Below, one piece after another: positions 28,398 through 38,484 of a DNA stretch of 64,000 bases. The first letter of the stretch is position 1, and each line of letters begins with the position of its first letter. A model generated the notes under the pieces. The model was not told the DNA's origin and did not search any database. It worked only from the letters and a program-made list of their open reading frames with translations. The stretch covers positions 48,025 to 112,024 of the forward strand of contig JBQTGU010000061.1 of the NCBI GenBank assembly GCA_052390575.1, in the 5' to 3' direction. The stretch comes from Actinomycetota bacterium. Lineage in GTDB: Bacteria > Actinomycetota > Acidimicrobiia > IMCC26256 > JACDBD01. The translations under genes were made by a program, and so were the position numbers.

Positions 28398-29432
28398 CTA
28401 TCCGTCGAACAGGCTGGACGAGGCGTCGGGCCGGCCCGATGGCACCTCGAGTCCGAGGTGCGCGAAGGCCGATGCCGTCGGCACCCGGCCCCGAGGCGTG
28501 CGCTGCAGTAGACCCTGTTTGAGGAGGAACGGCTCGTACACGTCTTCGACGGTCTCGGGCTCCTCGTGCACCGCCACCGCGAGCGTGTTGAGGCCGACGG
28601 GCTGACCCGCGAACGTGTCACAGAGCGCAGTGAGGATCGCCCGGTCGACCTTGTCGAGTCCGCGCTCGTCCACCTCGAACAGGGCGAGCGCGTCGCGGGC
28701 GGTGGCCGCGCTGACCGTCCCGTCCGACCGGACCTCGGCGTAGTCGCGCACCCGCTTGAGGAGTCGGTTGGCGATGCGAGGCGTGCCCCGAGCGCGTTTG
28801 GCGATCTCGATCGCGCCGTCGGGCGCGAGGGGCACCCCTAGGATCCCGGCGGTGCGGGTCACGATCAAGACGAGCTCGTCGGCGGCGTAGTAGTCGAGGC
28901 GGGCGACGAACCCGAACCGGTCGCGCAACGGACCGGTGATGAGCCCGGTGCGGGTGGTCGCGCCGGCCAGGGTGAAGCGGGGCAGGTCGAGGCGGATCGA
29001 GCGCGCCGACGGGCCCTTGCCGATGACGATGTCGAGCTGGAAGTCCTCCATCGCCGGGTACAGCACTTCCTCCACGATGCGGGGGAGGCGGTGCACCTCG
29101 TCGACGAAGAGCACATCCCCGTCGTCGAGGTTGGTGAGGATGGCGGCGAGGTCACCGGCCCGTTCCAGGGCGGGGCCGCTCGTGACCCGCAACCCCACGC
29201 CGAGCTCGGCGGCGACGATGCCCGCCAACGTGGTCTTGCCCACCCCGGGTGGGCCCGCGAACAGCAGATGGTCGGCCGCCTGGCGGCGCTGGCGGGCCGC
29301 GGCGAGCAGGATCTCGAGGTGCTCCTTGAGGCGCGCCTGACCCACGAACTCGTCGAGGGATCGCGGGCGCAGGGTGGTCTCCTCCGCCACCTCGGCCGGG
29401 TCGGCCGTTGCGCTGACGATCTCCTCCCTCAT
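28398..29432 (-). CDS. ruvB: Holliday junction branch migration helicase
   Basis: [24 protein letters not shown] and RTPRGR motifs. Confidence 0.97.
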   Translation of the reverse strand: MREEIVSATADPAEVAEETTLRPRSLDEFVGQARLKEHLEILLAAARQRRQAADHLLFAGPPGVGKTTLAGIVAAELGVGLRVTSGPALERAGDLAAILTNLDDGDVLFVDEVHRLPRIVEEVLYPAMEDFQLDIVIGKGPSARSIRLDLPRFTLAGATTRTGLITGPLRDRFGFVARLDYYAADELVLIVTRTAGILGVPLAPDGAIEIAKRARGTPRIANRLLKRVRDYAEVRSDGTVSAATARDALALFEVDERGLDKVDRAILTALCDTFAGQPVGLNTLAVAVHEEPETVEDVYEPFLLKQGLLQRTPRGRVPTASAFAHLGLEVPSGRPDASSSLFDG

Positions 29433-29452
29433 TGACTGCCATCCCTCGACGA

Positions 29453-29524
29453 GGGGGCCGGGTCTCCCGGCCCCCGGACCGCAGGGCGCGTGCGGGAGCG
29501 ACGAGCGAAGCGAGTGCGACCAGA
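29453..29524. repeat. GC-rich triloop hairpin plus empty REP scaffold
   Basis: GGGGGCCGGG-TCT-CCCGGCCCCC (29453-29475); reverse complement of 29489-29524 equals the flanks of the 43828-43897 element. Confidence 0.8.
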
Positions 29525-29528
29525 AGAG

Positions 29529-30116
29529 TCAGACACGACTGACGGCCAGGAGTTTGAGGGCGTCACGCAGCAGGTCTTCCACGGGGCCGTCGGTCTCGAG
29601 TTGGGCGAGCACGTCGCGGATCTCGTCGGGCTCGTATCCGAGGCCGGCCAGCGCGCCGCGCACCTCGGCGCGTGCGGTCGGCGGCGCCGCCGCCTCGACC
29701 GGTTCGAAGTCGGGTACGTCGAGCCGAGCCTTCAGCTCGATCAGCAGCCGTTGCGCCGTCCGCTTCCCGACCCCCGGCACCAGCGTGAGCGCGTCGACGT
29801 CGTCTTCGAGCAGCGCCCGCTGCAGCGCCGCGGGTGAGTGCACCGACAGGATCGCGAGCGCGAGCTTCGGACCGACACCGGTCGCGCCGACCAGCACCTC
29901 GAACGTGTCCCGCTCCTCGCGGGTCGGGAAGCCGTAGAGCACCAGGGCGTCGTCACGCACGTGCAGGTGGGTGAAGAGGAACGCGGCCGCGCCCGGACCC
30001 AGCGACGGCACCGCGCTCATGGGCACCAGCACCCGGTAGCCGACCCCGCCCACCTCGACCAGCACCTCCCCCGTCGGCGAGCGCTCGAGCACGCTCCCGC
30101 GCACTGAGCCGATCAA
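29529..30116 (-). CDS. ruvA: Holliday junction branch migration protein
   Basis: VGGVGY, LYGF, GVGPK and PGVGKRTAQR motifs; TTGA overlap with ruvC. Confidence 0.96.
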   Translation of the reverse strand: MIGSVRGSVLERSPTGEVLVEVGGVGYRVLVPMSAVPSLGPGAAAFLFTHLHVRDDALVLYGFPTREERDTFEVLVGATGVGPKLALAILSVHSPAALQRALLEDDVDALTLVPGVGKRTAQRLLIELKARLDVPDFEPVEAAAPPTARAEVRGALAGLGYEPDEIRDVLAQLETDGPVEDLLRDALKLLAVSRV

Positions 30117-30646
30117 TGCGAGTCCTTCACCAGCGCGGCGCGTACCGCGGACCGGAGGCCGCCGCCCCAGGCGTGGCACACCGCCAGCGCCAGCGCGTCG
30201 GCCGCGTCAGGGGGTCGGGGGGCGGCATCGAGCCCGAGCACCCGGGCGACCATCTCCTGCACCTGCTGCTTGGCCGCGCCGCCGTAGCCGACGACGCCGA
30301 GCTTCACCTCGTTGGGGCTGTAGTCGGTCACGGGCACACCGGCCCGCGCCGCCACCGCCAGTGCGAGGCCGCTGGCCTGGCCGACGGACATCGCGGTGCG
30401 CACGTTGGCCTGGAACAGCACCCGCTCGACCGCCATCGCCGCCGGCCGCAGCTCGTCGACCAGCGCGGCCAGCTCGCGCTCGAGCGCGGCCAGGCGGGTC
30501 GGGAGCGGATCGGCGGTGGGTGTGCGGATCACCCCGCACGCCACCGCCTCCCAGGAGCCGGCGCCGTTGTGGCGCCGGACCGCGCCGTAGCCACAGCAGG
30601 AGACGCCCGGGTCGATGCCCAGCACCGGGCCGGCCGGATCGAACAC
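30113..30646 (-). CDS. ruvC: Crossover junction endodeoxyribonuclease
   Basis: LGIDPG, AVE, A.KQQV and DAADALA motifs. Confidence 0.96.
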   Translation of the reverse strand: MFDPAGPVLGIDPGVSCCGYGAVRRHNGAGSWEAVACGVIRTPTADPLPTRLAALERELAALVDELRPAAMAVERVLFQANVRTAMSVGQASGLALAVAARAGVPVTDYSPNEVKLGVVGYGGAAKQQVQEMVARVLGLDAAPRPPDAADALALAVCHAWGGGLRSAVRAALVKDSH

Positions 30647-30659
30647 GGGTTCGATGTTA
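30639..30659 (-). promoter_or_regulatory. LexA (SOS) box over ruvC start, with -10 TAACAT
   Basis: TCGAAC-ACGG-GTTCGA at 30639-30654, a perfect actinobacterial SOS box; TAACAT 7 nt before GTG. Confidence 0.9.
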
Positions 30660-30691
30660 CGGGTGGCGGAGGAGCTGGTGGGGGATGCCGG

Positions 30692-31147
30692 TCAGAGCTT
30701 GTCGAGAACGATCCGAGCGAGTGCCTCCGCTTGGGCCTGGTCGAACACGCCGGAGATGTAGAAGGCGGTCTTCTTGTTCTTGAGCACCGCCAGCGAGCCG
30801 ATGGCGAAGTAGGCGTCCTTCCCGAGATCGTCGATCTCCACCAGGACCTCGGGGTTGAGCGCGTCCAGGCCCTGGTTGTAGCCGGCCTTCGCACCCTTAC
30901 CCCGCTCGACCAGCAACGTCATGCCGATCGCCTCCTCGTTGGCCTCGGGGTCACCGATCTGCCAGTAGCAGATCTCACCCAGGCCCTCGGGCTTGGCCAC
31001 CTCCTGCCCGATCAACTCCTCGATCTCGGCTCGCTTCAGGAGATCGCACGAGTCCGGCGAGTCCCCCGACGACGCCGCTGCCGGCGCGGCGAGCACCGTC
31101 ATCGCGGCCGTGATCGCGAGGAGTCGCATCACCGAGCTCGTACCCAT
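30692..31147 (-). CDS. Secreted hypothetical protein (DUF3558-like)
   Basis: Signal peptide, two Cys (CDLL, ICYW) and DLGKDAYF; family assignment is tentative. Confidence 0.6.
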   Translation of the reverse strand: MGTSSVMRLLAITAAMTVLAAPAAASSGDSPDSCDLLKRAEIEELIGQEVAKPEGLGEICYWQIGDPEANEEAIGMTLLVERGKGAKAGYNQGLDALNPEVLVEIDDLGKDAYFAIGSLAVLKNKKTAFYISGVFDQAQAEALARIVLDKL

Positions 31148-31155
31148 TTCGCTCC

Positions 31156-31749
31156 TCACCGCAACAACAGAACGACGACGATCACGACCGCCGCCAGCAC
31201 CACCACCGCCGGCACCAGCCGCTTGAGCACCGGTGCGCCGGCCGTGCGCAGGAGGTCGACCGGCGCGACCTCCCGAGGCTCGCCGGTGTCGGCGGGTGGC
31301 GGCGCCCCGCTCAGGACCCGCGACTCGAGGCACTCCACGAACTGCGCCAGGAGCTTGGTCGACACATCCGCCATCACGCCCCGCCCGAACTGCGCGACCT
31401 TGCCGGTCACGGTGACGTCGTTGTCGATGCTCACCTCGGTGCCGTCACCGTCGGGCGCGAGCGACATCGTGATCAGCGCCTTTGCGTTGCCCTGGCCTCG
31501 GGTGTCGCGACCCTGGGCGTCGATGACGGCCCGGTGCGCGCCCTCGTCGACCTCGGCCAGCTTCGCCACCCCCTTGTACTGCGCGGTGATGGGGCCCACC
31601 TTCACCTTCACGACACCGCGGTACTCGTCGCCCTCGACCTCCTGGAGCTCTGCCCCGGGCATGCAGGGCGCGATCCGCTCGATGTCGAGGAGCACCCGCC
31701 AGGCCTCCTCGACCGGAAGGTTGACGCGGAAGCGATCCTCGATCTTCAT
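31156..31749 (-). CDS. coxG: CoxG / SRPBCC family protein
   Basis: IAPCMPGA, VKVGPI and GKVAQFGRG motifs; C-terminal TM segment. Confidence 0.9.
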   Translation of the reverse strand: MKIEDRFRVNLPVEEAWRVLLDIERIAPCMPGAELQEVEGDEYRGVVKVKVGPITAQYKGVAKLAEVDEGAHRAVIDAQGRDTRGQGNAKALITMSLAPDGDGTEVSIDNDVTVTGKVAQFGRGVMADVSTKLLAQFVECLESRVLSGAPPPADTGEPREVAPVDLLRTAGAPVLKRLVPAVVVLAAVVIVVVLLLR

Positions 31750-32345
31750 CGATCCTCCAGCCGGCGCTCGAGATCGCCGAGGTCCGCGAGCGTATCGACG
31801 TCGGTCGGGTCGCCGGTACCCGTGCAGTCGACCTCGGTCACCGGATGGTGATCCATGAGGGCGCGCGCGCCCACGTCGCCCCGCAGCTTCCGCGCCTCAC
31901 CCCAGAGGGCGCGATCGAGCAGCACCGGGTTGCCGCGGGTGCCGTCGTAGGTCGCCACCGCCAGCCGGGCACCGTCTCGGTGGGCGGCCGCCAGCCGCCG
32001 GTACGCCTCCGCGCCGACGAGCGGCTGGTCGGCGAGCCCGACGCACACCGCGCCGACCCGGGACCAGTGGTACAGCGCCTCGAGCCCGGTCCACAGGCTG
32101 CGCGCGATCCCCTGCCGCCACTTCCGCGCCCGTACGATCACCACTCCGGGAGGCGCGGCCCGTCGCACGGCCAGTCCCCCGTGGCCGACGACGAGCACAA
32201 CCGGCCGGAACGTCGTTGCCATGGCGGCATCGAGCGCCCAGGCCACCAGCGGCCGGCCCTGCAACGTCATCAGCGGCTTGGGCGTCCGTCCCCCGAGGCG
32301 CTCGCCCCGCCCGGCAGCGAGGACCGCGACCGCGACGTCGCTCAA
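31746..32345 (-). CDS. mocA: Molybdenum cofactor cytidylyltransferase-like nucleotidyltransferase
   Basis: LAAG.G.R.G..K, LADQP, GNPV, GDVGAR and DVDT motifs. Confidence 0.85.
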   Translation of the reverse strand: MSDVAVAVLAAGRGERLGGRTPKPLMTLQGRPLVAWALDAAMATTFRPVVLVVGHGGLAVRRAAPPGVVIVRARKWRQGIARSLWTGLEALYHWSRVGAVCVGLADQPLVGAEAYRRLAAAHRDGARLAVATYDGTRGNPVLLDRALWGEARKLRGDVGARALMDHHPVTEVDCTGTGDPTDVDTLADLGDLERRLEDR

Positions 32346-33160
32346 GCGGTCGCGTCGAGCGCCCGCCGAACGAGCACCCGCGCCAGGTGCTCGCGGAACT
32401 CGGGAGTTGCGTTGAGGTCGGCGGGCGCCTCGGTGCCCTCGGCGGCGTGCTCAGCCGCGTCGGCAGGAGAGGCGCCGGCGGCAAGCGCTTCCTCGACCGC
32501 CCGGGCCCGCACGGGCGTGGCCCCCATGTTCACCAGCGCGACGCGGGTGGAGCCGTTTCGCACCGCCAGCGCGCCGACGATCGCCCAGTCCTGCGCCCGC
32601 CGGTTGAACTTCTCGTACGAGTACTTGGCGCCGGGCACCTTCGGCACCCGGATCTCGGTGAGCAACTCGTCGGGAGCCAGCGCCGTCTCCAGGAACCCCT
32701 GGAAGAAATCGGCCGCCGCGACCGTCCGCTCCCCTCCCGGCCCCCGGGCCACGAAGGTGGCGTCGAGGGCGAGGAGCGCGGCCGGCAGGTCGGACGCGGG
32801 ATCGCCGTGGGCCACCGATCCCCCGATCGTGCCGCGATGTCTGACCTGGTTGTCGCCGACTTCCGCCGCCACCGCCCGCAGCGGCCCGCAATCGGCCCCG
32901 AGCAGGTCGCTCACCTCGAGGTCGCGGTGGCGGGTGAGTGCTCCGATCGCGACATGGTCGCCGGCGTCGCGCAGGTACGAGAGATCGCGAAGGCGGCCGA
33001 CATCGACGAGCACCGCCGGCGTCGCCAGCCGCAGTTTCATGAGCGGCAGCAGCGACATCCCGCCGGCGAGGAGCTTGGCCTCGTCGCCGTGCTCGGCCAG
33101 CGCCGCCAGCGCCGCGTCGGCCGAATCCGCCCGGGTGTACTCGAACGGCGCCGGGATCAC
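32342..33160 (-). CDS. coxM: Xanthine/CO dehydrogenase family FAD-binding medium subunit
   Basis: [20 protein letters not shown] and [16 protein letters not shown] motifs. Confidence 0.92.
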   Translation of the reverse strand: MIPAPFEYTRADSADAALAALAEHGDEAKLLAGGMSLLPLMKLRLATPAVLVDVGRLRDLSYLRDAGDHVAIGALTRHRDLEVSDLLGADCGPLRAVAAEVGDNQVRHRGTIGGSVAHGDPASDLPAALLALDATFVARGPGGERTVAAADFFQGFLETALAPDELLTEIRVPKVPGAKYSYEKFNRRAQDWAIVGALAVRNGSTRVALVNMGATPVRARAVEEALAAGASPADAAEHAAEGTEAPADLNATPEFREHLARVLVRRALDATA

Positions 33161-33618
33161 GGCTTCTCTCCCGCCGCCGCCAGCACCGCCTGCACGATGT
33201 TGTGGTACCCGGTGCAGCGGCACAGGTTGCCCTCGAGCCCGAGGCGGATGTCGCGCTCGCTGGGATCGGGGATCTCGTCGAGAAGCGACACCACGGCCAT
33301 GACCATGCCGGCGGTGCAGAAGCCGCACTGGAGGCCGTGGTGCTCGCGGAACGCCGCCTGCACCGGGTGGAGCTCGCCGTCGCGGGCAAGGCCCTCGATG
33401 GTCGTGACGTCCGAGCCGTCGGCCTGGACCGCGAGCATCGTGCACGACTTCACCGACTCGCCGTCGACGAGAACGGTGCACGCGCCGCACGACGACGTGT
33501 CGCACCCGATCTTGGTCCCGGTCAGTCCCGCCTGCTCCCGGAGGTACTGGACGAGCAGCACGCGGGGCTCGACATCGTGCTGGACAGCGGCACCGTTGAC
33601 CGTGAGGGAAACCTGCAC
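33157..33618 (-). CDS. coxS: Xanthine/CO dehydrogenase family 2Fe-2S small subunit
   Basis: [17 protein letters not shown] and GNLCRCTGY motifs; -10 TAGTGT 7 nt before GTG. Confidence 0.94.
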   Translation of the reverse strand: MQVSLTVNGAAVQHDVEPRVLLVQYLREQAGLTGTKIGCDTSSCGACTVLVDGESVKSCTMLAVQADGSDVTTIEGLARDGELHPVQAAFREHHGLQCGFCTAGMVMAVVSLLDEIPDPSERDIRLGLEGNLCRCTGYHNIVQAVLAAAGEKP

Positions 33619-33640
33619 GGGCGGGACACTATCCGCCTGG

Positions 33641-34051
33641 TCACCCGGCGCGGTCGGGCCCGGCGCGCTCGAGGTCGATGCGGACGAGCACCCGGCGTTC
33701 CTTCTCCATGGCGGCGCGGTAGTCGTCCCAGTCGGGGTGCTCGCCCGAGATCGAGCGGTAGTAGTCGACCAGGCCGTCCATCGCCTCCGGCAACGGCACG
33801 ACCGTCGCCCGCCCGTCGACCTGGACCCAGTCGCCGTAGAAGCCGTCGCTCACGACGCAAAGCGAGACCGCCGGGTCCCGCTGGAGGTTCTTGACCTTCA
33901 TGGCGGTCTCTCGGGTGCTGACGACGACTTTGTCGTCGCCGTCGACTCCGCACGTCACCGGCGACAGCTGGGGGCTGCCGTCCTTCCGGCGGGTCGCCAT
34001 CACCGCCTGGTGGTGTCCCCGGATGAACTCGCGCGCCTTGTCGAGATCCAT
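33641..34051 (-). CDS. PPOX class F420-dependent oxidoreductase
   Basis: [20 protein letters not shown] and EHPDWDDYR motifs. Confidence 0.9.
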   Translation of the reverse strand: MDLDKAREFIRGHHQAVMATRRKDGSPQLSPVTCGVDGDDKVVVSTRETAMKVKNLQRDPAVSLCVVSDGFYGDWVQVDGRATVVPLPEAMDGLVDYYRSISGEHPDWDDYRAAMEKERRVLVRIDLERAGPDRAG

Positions 34052-34803
34052 CAGGCCATCACCGCTTGCAGGACCTCGTCGGGGATGTCGAAGTTGGCGA
34101 AGACCGCCTGCACGTCGTCGTGCTCCTCGAGCGCGTCGATCAACCGGAGCACCGGGCGGACCGCGGCCTCGTCGCGCAGCTCAACCGTCTGCGAGGGGAG
34201 CATCGTCAGGTCGGCGCTGCTGATCGGGATCCCGGCACCCTCCAGTGCGGTCCTCACCGCGTGGAGATCGGCAGGGCCGCTGGTGATCTGCCAGGTGTCG
34301 CCCTGGTCGACGATGTCCTCGGCCCCGGCGTCGAGCGCCGCCGCCATGAGGTCGTCCTCGCTCGCCACGTTCTTCTCCAGGATGATCACGCCCTTGCGCT
34401 CGAACTGCCACGCCACTGCCCCCGACTGGGCCAGCGACCCGTCGTGGCGGGTGAAGATGTTCTTGACCTCGGCACCGGTCCGGTTGCGGTTGTCGGTGAG
34501 GCATTCGACATAGAGCGCAACGCCGTTGGGGGCGTAGCCCTCGTAGCTCATGGGCTCGTAGCGGACGCCTTCTAACTCCCCGGTCCCCCGCTTGACCGCG
34601 CGCACGATCGTGTCGTTGGGCACCGAGTTGTCGCGGGCCTTCTGCACCATCGTGCGCAGGGTGGCGTTGGCGTCGGTGTCGCCGCCGCCCTCCCGGGCGG
34701 CCACTTCGATCTGCTTGATGAGCTTGGCGAAGAGCTTGCCCCGCGCCTTGTCGGCCGCACCCTTCTTGTGCTTGATCGAATGCCACTTGGAATGGCCGCT
34801 CAT
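34051..34803 (-). CDS. yebC: YebC/PmpR family protein
   Basis: MSGHSKWHSIKHKK, YEGY.P.G, TDNRNR and DDVQ motifs. Confidence 0.96.
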   Translation of the reverse strand: MSGHSKWHSIKHKKGAADKARGKLFAKLIKQIEVAAREGGGDTDANATLRTMVQKARDNSVPNDTIVRAVKRGTGELEGVRYEPMSYEGYAPNGVALYVECLTDNRNRTGAEVKNIFTRHDGSLAQSGAVAWQFERKGVIILEKNVASEDDLMAAALDAGAEDIVDQGDTWQITSGPADLHAVRTALEGAGIPISSADLTMLPSQTVELRDEAAVRPVLRLIDALEEHDDVQAVFANFDIPDEVLQAVMA

Positions 34804-35453
34804 CCGGTCACCTCCTTTTCCGCTCTGAAGGGCCGCTCGGGCCCCGGCTCGCTGCGGCGCAGGGTACCTACGCCGCGGCCGCTCACCTCGGCGAGAAAGC
34901 GTTCGTGCACGCGCAGGTCGCCCGACAGCTCGGGATGGAACGTCGCCGCCCACGTGGTGCCCTGACGCAGCAGCACGGGGTGGTCGTCGTGGGTCGCGAG
35001 CACGTCGACCGCGGGCCCCACCTTCGTCACCACCGGGGCCCGGATGAAGACACCCGGGAACGCGCCCTCGATGCCCTCGATCGCCAGCGGCGCCTCGAAC
35101 GACTCGCGTTGGCGGCCGTAGGCATTGCGCGCCACCGTGCAGTCGAGTGCGTCGAGCGCGCTCGGGGACGACGTGCCGTGTTCGTCCTCGACGTCTCGCG
35201 CCAGGAGGATGAGGCCGGCGCACGTGCCGAAGGCCGGGAGCCCGTCGCCGAGGCGCGATCGCAGCGCATCCTGCACGCCCGAGCTGTCGAGCAGCTTGGT
35301 GATCGTCGTCGACTCGCCGCCGGGGAGGAACACCGCGTCGACGCCGCTCAGGTGGTCGGGTCGTCGGACCTCGACCGCTTCGACGCCGAGCGCGTCGAGC
35401 ACCTCAGCGTGCTCGCGAAATGCTCCTTGCAGCGCGAGTACTCCGGCCTTCAT
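34800..35453 (-). CDS. pdxT: PLP synthase glutaminase subunit with repeat-derived C-terminal tail
   Basis: LALQGAF.EH, PGGESTT, GTCAG and FHPEL motifs. Confidence 0.95.
   Translation of the reverse strand: MKAGVLALQGAFREHAEVLDALGVEAVEVRRPDHLSGVDAVFLPGGESTTITKLLDSSGVQDALRSRLGDGLPAFGTCAGLILLARDVEDEHGTSSPSALDALDCTVARNAYGRQRESFEAPLAIEGIEGAFPGVFIRAPVVTKVGPAVDVLATHDDHPVLLRQGTTWAATFHPELSGDLRVHERFLAEVSGRGVGTLRRSEPGPERPFRAEKEVTG
34830..34889. repeat. REP-like copy 3 (within pdxT 3' end)
   Basis: 57/60 identical to 26390-26449. Confidence 0.9.
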
Positions 35454-35480
35454 GGCCTGGAGGTCTCCGGTCGCTCACCG

Positions 35481-36368
35481 CTACCAGCCCCGCTCGGACA
35501 GGCGCACGTCGACCTTCTCGGCTTCCTCGCCCCGCATGGGCTCGCCCAGGCCCCGCGACACCTTGGCCACGATCGCGGCGTCGGCGTAGTGGGTCGTGGC
35601 CTCGACGATGGCCTTGGCCCGGGGCGCAGGGTCGGCGCTCTTGAAGATCCCGCTCCCGACGAACACCGACTGGGCGCCCAGCTGCATCACCAGCGCGGCG
35701 TCGGCGGGGGTGGCGATGCCGCCGGCGCAGAACAACGGCACCGGCAGCTCGCCCCGCTCGGCGACCTCCTGCACGAGGTCGACCGGCGCCCGCAGCTCCT
35801 TGGCCGTCGCGAACCGTTCGGGCGCGTCGGCCACCGTGAGGCGGCGGATGTCGCCGAGGATGCTGCGCAGGTGGCGCACCGCCTCCTTGATGTCGCCGGT
35901 GCCGGCCTCACCCTTGGAGCGGATCAGGGCCGCACCCTCCGAGATCCGCCGCAGCGCCTCGCCCAGGTTGGTGGCGCCGCACACGAACGGGACCGTGAAC
36001 GCCCACTTGTCGAGGTGATGCGCCTCGTGGGCCGGTGTGAGCACCTCGCTCTCGTCGACGTAGTCGACGCCGAGCGACTCGAGCACCTGGGCCTCGGCGA
36101 AGTGCCCGATGCGGCACTTCGCCATCACCGGGATGGTGACGGCCTCCTGGATGCCCTCGATCATCACCGGGTCGCTCATGCGGGCGACGCCACCGTCGCG
36201 CCGGATGTCGGCCGGTACCCGCTCGAGCGCCATCACCGCGGCCGCACCGGCGTCCTCGGCGATCTTGGCGTGCTCGGGAGTGACGACGTCCATGATGACG
36301 CCGCCCCGCAGCATCTCGGCCAGGCCCCGCTTGACGCGGGCGGTACCCGTGGCGCGATCGGGAGTCAC
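35481..36368 (-). CDS. pdxS: PLP synthase lyase subunit
   Basis: [17 protein letters not shown] and [11 protein letters not shown] motifs; -10 TACACT 6 nt before GTG. Confidence 0.97.
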   Translation of the reverse strand: MTPDRATGTARVKRGLAEMLRGGVIMDVVTPEHAKIAEDAGAAAVMALERVPADIRRDGGVARMSDPVMIEGIQEAVTIPVMAKCRIGHFAEAQVLESLGVDYVDESEVLTPAHEAHHLDKWAFTVPFVCGATNLGEALRRISEGAALIRSKGEAGTGDIKEAVRHLRSILGDIRRLTVADAPERFATAKELRAPVDLVQEVAERGELPVPLFCAGGIATPADAALVMQLGAQSVFVGSGIFKSADPAPRAKAIVEATTHYADAAIVAKVSRGLGEPMRGEEAEKVDVRLSERGW

Positions 36369-36388
36369 CGGCACAGTGTACCGAGCGA

Positions 36389-37471
36389 CTAGTCCTCGTC
36401 GGCCTGCTTCTTTTTCTTGGCTTTCGTCGTCGTGGTCGCCTCGGTGGGAGGCGGTGGCGGCGGGCCGGCGACGACGTCGACGGCCGAGCCGATGGGCAGC
36501 AGCTCGACCCAGGTCGGTCCGGGCACGAGCTTGATCGGGTTCCCGGCCGCGTCGACGAACTGGGCCGGCTGCTCGGGCGCGGGACGGATCCACCGCCCCC
36601 GCGTCAGCTGCCCGCCCGAGAACACCCAGACGTCGCCCTCCCCGACCGTCTTCCCGTCGCTGTAGCCGGGGTACTCGATGAACTGCACCACGACGTTGGC
36701 CGGCGCCACCTGCGCGCCGGAGGCGGTCATGAACGGCGTCAAGCCGTACGAGCGCCGCCACCGCCCGAAGGCGGCGTCCCACGTGTACGTCGGGTCGTAC
36801 CCGCGGGTGAAACCGACCCGGAACGAGGCCACCGGCTCGGGCGCCGCCCACGTCTCGCCCGGCGCCAGGTACGTGAACAGCGGCGGCGGCGGCACCGGCT
36901 GGCCACCCCGGTCGAAGAGCGCCTGCCCGTACCCGAAGAGGTTGTGGGGCGCGGCCTTCCCGCGATCGCGGAACATTGCGGTACCGGTCGCGCTCTCGTC
37001 GACCGGGTTCACCGGCGCGTCACGAATGTGGGCACTGGGGCCGGGGGCGCCACCTGAGTAGGCGAAGACCCCGCCGATCGGCCAGACGATGTTGGGGTCC
37101 ATGTCACGTACCGAGCGGATGGGCCCGACGACGTCGGGCACGGTGGAGTTGAAGATCACCGCGAACCGCGTGATCGCCCCTTCGACGACCTCCTCGTACA
37201 CGATGTCGGCCAGGTCGAGCCCGGCCTGCGGTCGGGAGTCGGGCGAGTTCTCGATCTTCACCGTCAGCGCGGGTCGGGTGAGCGACGCGCCGCTGGGGTC
37301 GGGCAGACCCGTGAGCGGAGCGATCGGAGGCGGCGCGGTCGTCGTCGTGGATTCGGGAGGTTCCTTCTTCTTCTTCTTGACCTCTTCCTTGTCGTCGCCA
37401 CCACCACACGCCCCGACTCCCGCCACGGCGAAGGCCGTGGTGACGAGCAGCGCGACGGGGCGACGCATCAC
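36389..37471 (-). CDS. DUF3048 (YerB-like) lipoprotein, paralog 2
   Basis: Lipobox GVGAC; VKIEN, RPQAGL..AD, VEG.ITR, GPIRS.R and APHNL motifs. Confidence 0.85.
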   Translation of the reverse strand: MMRRPVALLVTTAFAVAGVGACGGGDDKEEVKKKKKEPPESTTTTAPPPIAPLTGLPDPSGASLTRPALTVKIENSPDSRPQAGLDLADIVYEEVVEGAITRFAVIFNSTVPDVVGPIRSVRDMDPNIVWPIGGVFAYSGGAPGPSAHIRDAPVNPVDESATGTAMFRDRGKAAPHNLFGYGQALFDRGGQPVPPPPLFTYLAPGETWAAPEPVASFRVGFTRGYDPTYTWDAAFGRWRRSYGLTPFMTASGAQVAPANVVVQFIEYPGYSDGKTVGEGDVWVFSGGQLTRGRWIRPAPEQPAQFVDAAGNPIKLVPGPTWVELLPIGSAVDVVAGPPPPPPTEATTTTKAKKKKQADED

Positions 37472-38484
37472 GTGCTCGGCGGCGCCGGCGCCGGCGGCGC
37501 GACCAGGTCGACCGGCGACAAGTTCGGGAGCAGCTCCACCCAGGTCGACCCCGGGAGGAGCTTGACCGGCTGCCCGGCGGCGTCGAAGTACTTGATGGTC
37601 TCTTCGCGGGCGGCCCGGCTCCACGTGCCCCGGATGAGCTTGCCGTCGGAGAAGATCCAGGCGACGCCCTCGCCGATCACGTCGCCCTCGCCACCGCCGG
37701 TGTACTGGGTGAACTGCACGATCACGTTCGTGGGCGCGACCTGGGTCAGGTCGCTCATCGTGAAGGGCACGCCGTCGATGTCGCGCTTCCAGGTGCGGGT
37801 GGCGGCGTCGTAGTTGTAGTTGGGCGCGTACCCCGGGCCGAAGCCGACCCGGAACGACGTCACGGCCTCGCCCGCGAACACTTCGCCCTCGGCGAGGTAC
37901 TCGAACAGCGCCGGCGGCGGGACCGGCTGGCCACCCTTGTCGAAGAGGGCCTGCGGCCGTCCGTAGAGGTTGTGCGGTGCATCCTTGGCGTCGTTGCGGA
38001 ACATGGCGTCGCCGGCGGCGTCCTCGTCGATCGCGTTCACCGGCGCCTGCCTGATCTTCTCGACATTGGGGCCGGCTCCGCCCGAGAACGCGAAGACACC
38101 GCCGATCACCGCCACCAGATCGGGGTCGATCGCCCGGACCGAGCGAATCGGGCCCACCTCTTCGGGGACCTGCGACTGGAAGATGGCCGCGAACCGGGTG
38201 ATGCCGCCCTCGGTGACCTCCTCGTACACCACGTCGGCGCGGTCGAGGCCGGTCTGGGGCCGGACGCCCTCTCCGTTGAGGTTGTCGATCTTGACCGTGA
38301 GCGCAGGCCGCGTCTGGGCGGTGCCGTCGAGGTCGGGCAGGCCGGTCAGCGGCGCGATCGCGACCTCCTCCTCGTCCTTCTTGGGCTTGGCCTTCTTCTC
38401 GGTCGTGTCGTCACCGCCGCCACCACCACAGGCGGCGAGCGCCACGGCCAGCGCGAGCGCGGTGGCAAGGAGGGAACGGCGCAC
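37468..38484 (-). CDS. DUF3048 (YerB-like) lipoprotein, paralog 1
   Basis: Lipobox LAAC; VKIDN, RPQTGL, EGGITR, GPIRS.R and APHNL motifs. Confidence 0.85.
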   Translation of the reverse strand: MRRSLLATALALAVALAACGGGGGDDTTEKKAKPKKDEEEVAIAPLTGLPDLDGTAQTRPALTVKIDNLNGEGVRPQTGLDRADVVYEEVTEGGITRFAAIFQSQVPEEVGPIRSVRAIDPDLVAVIGGVFAFSGGAGPNVEKIRQAPVNAIDEDAAGDAMFRNDAKDAPHNLYGRPQALFDKGGQPVPPPALFEYLAEGEVFAGEAVTSFRVGFGPGYAPNYNYDAATRTWKRDIDGVPFTMSDLTQVAPTNVIVQFTQYTGGGEGDVIGEGVAWIFSDGKLIRGTWSRAAREETIKYFDAAGQPVKLLPGSTWVELLPNLSPVDLVAPPAPAPPST

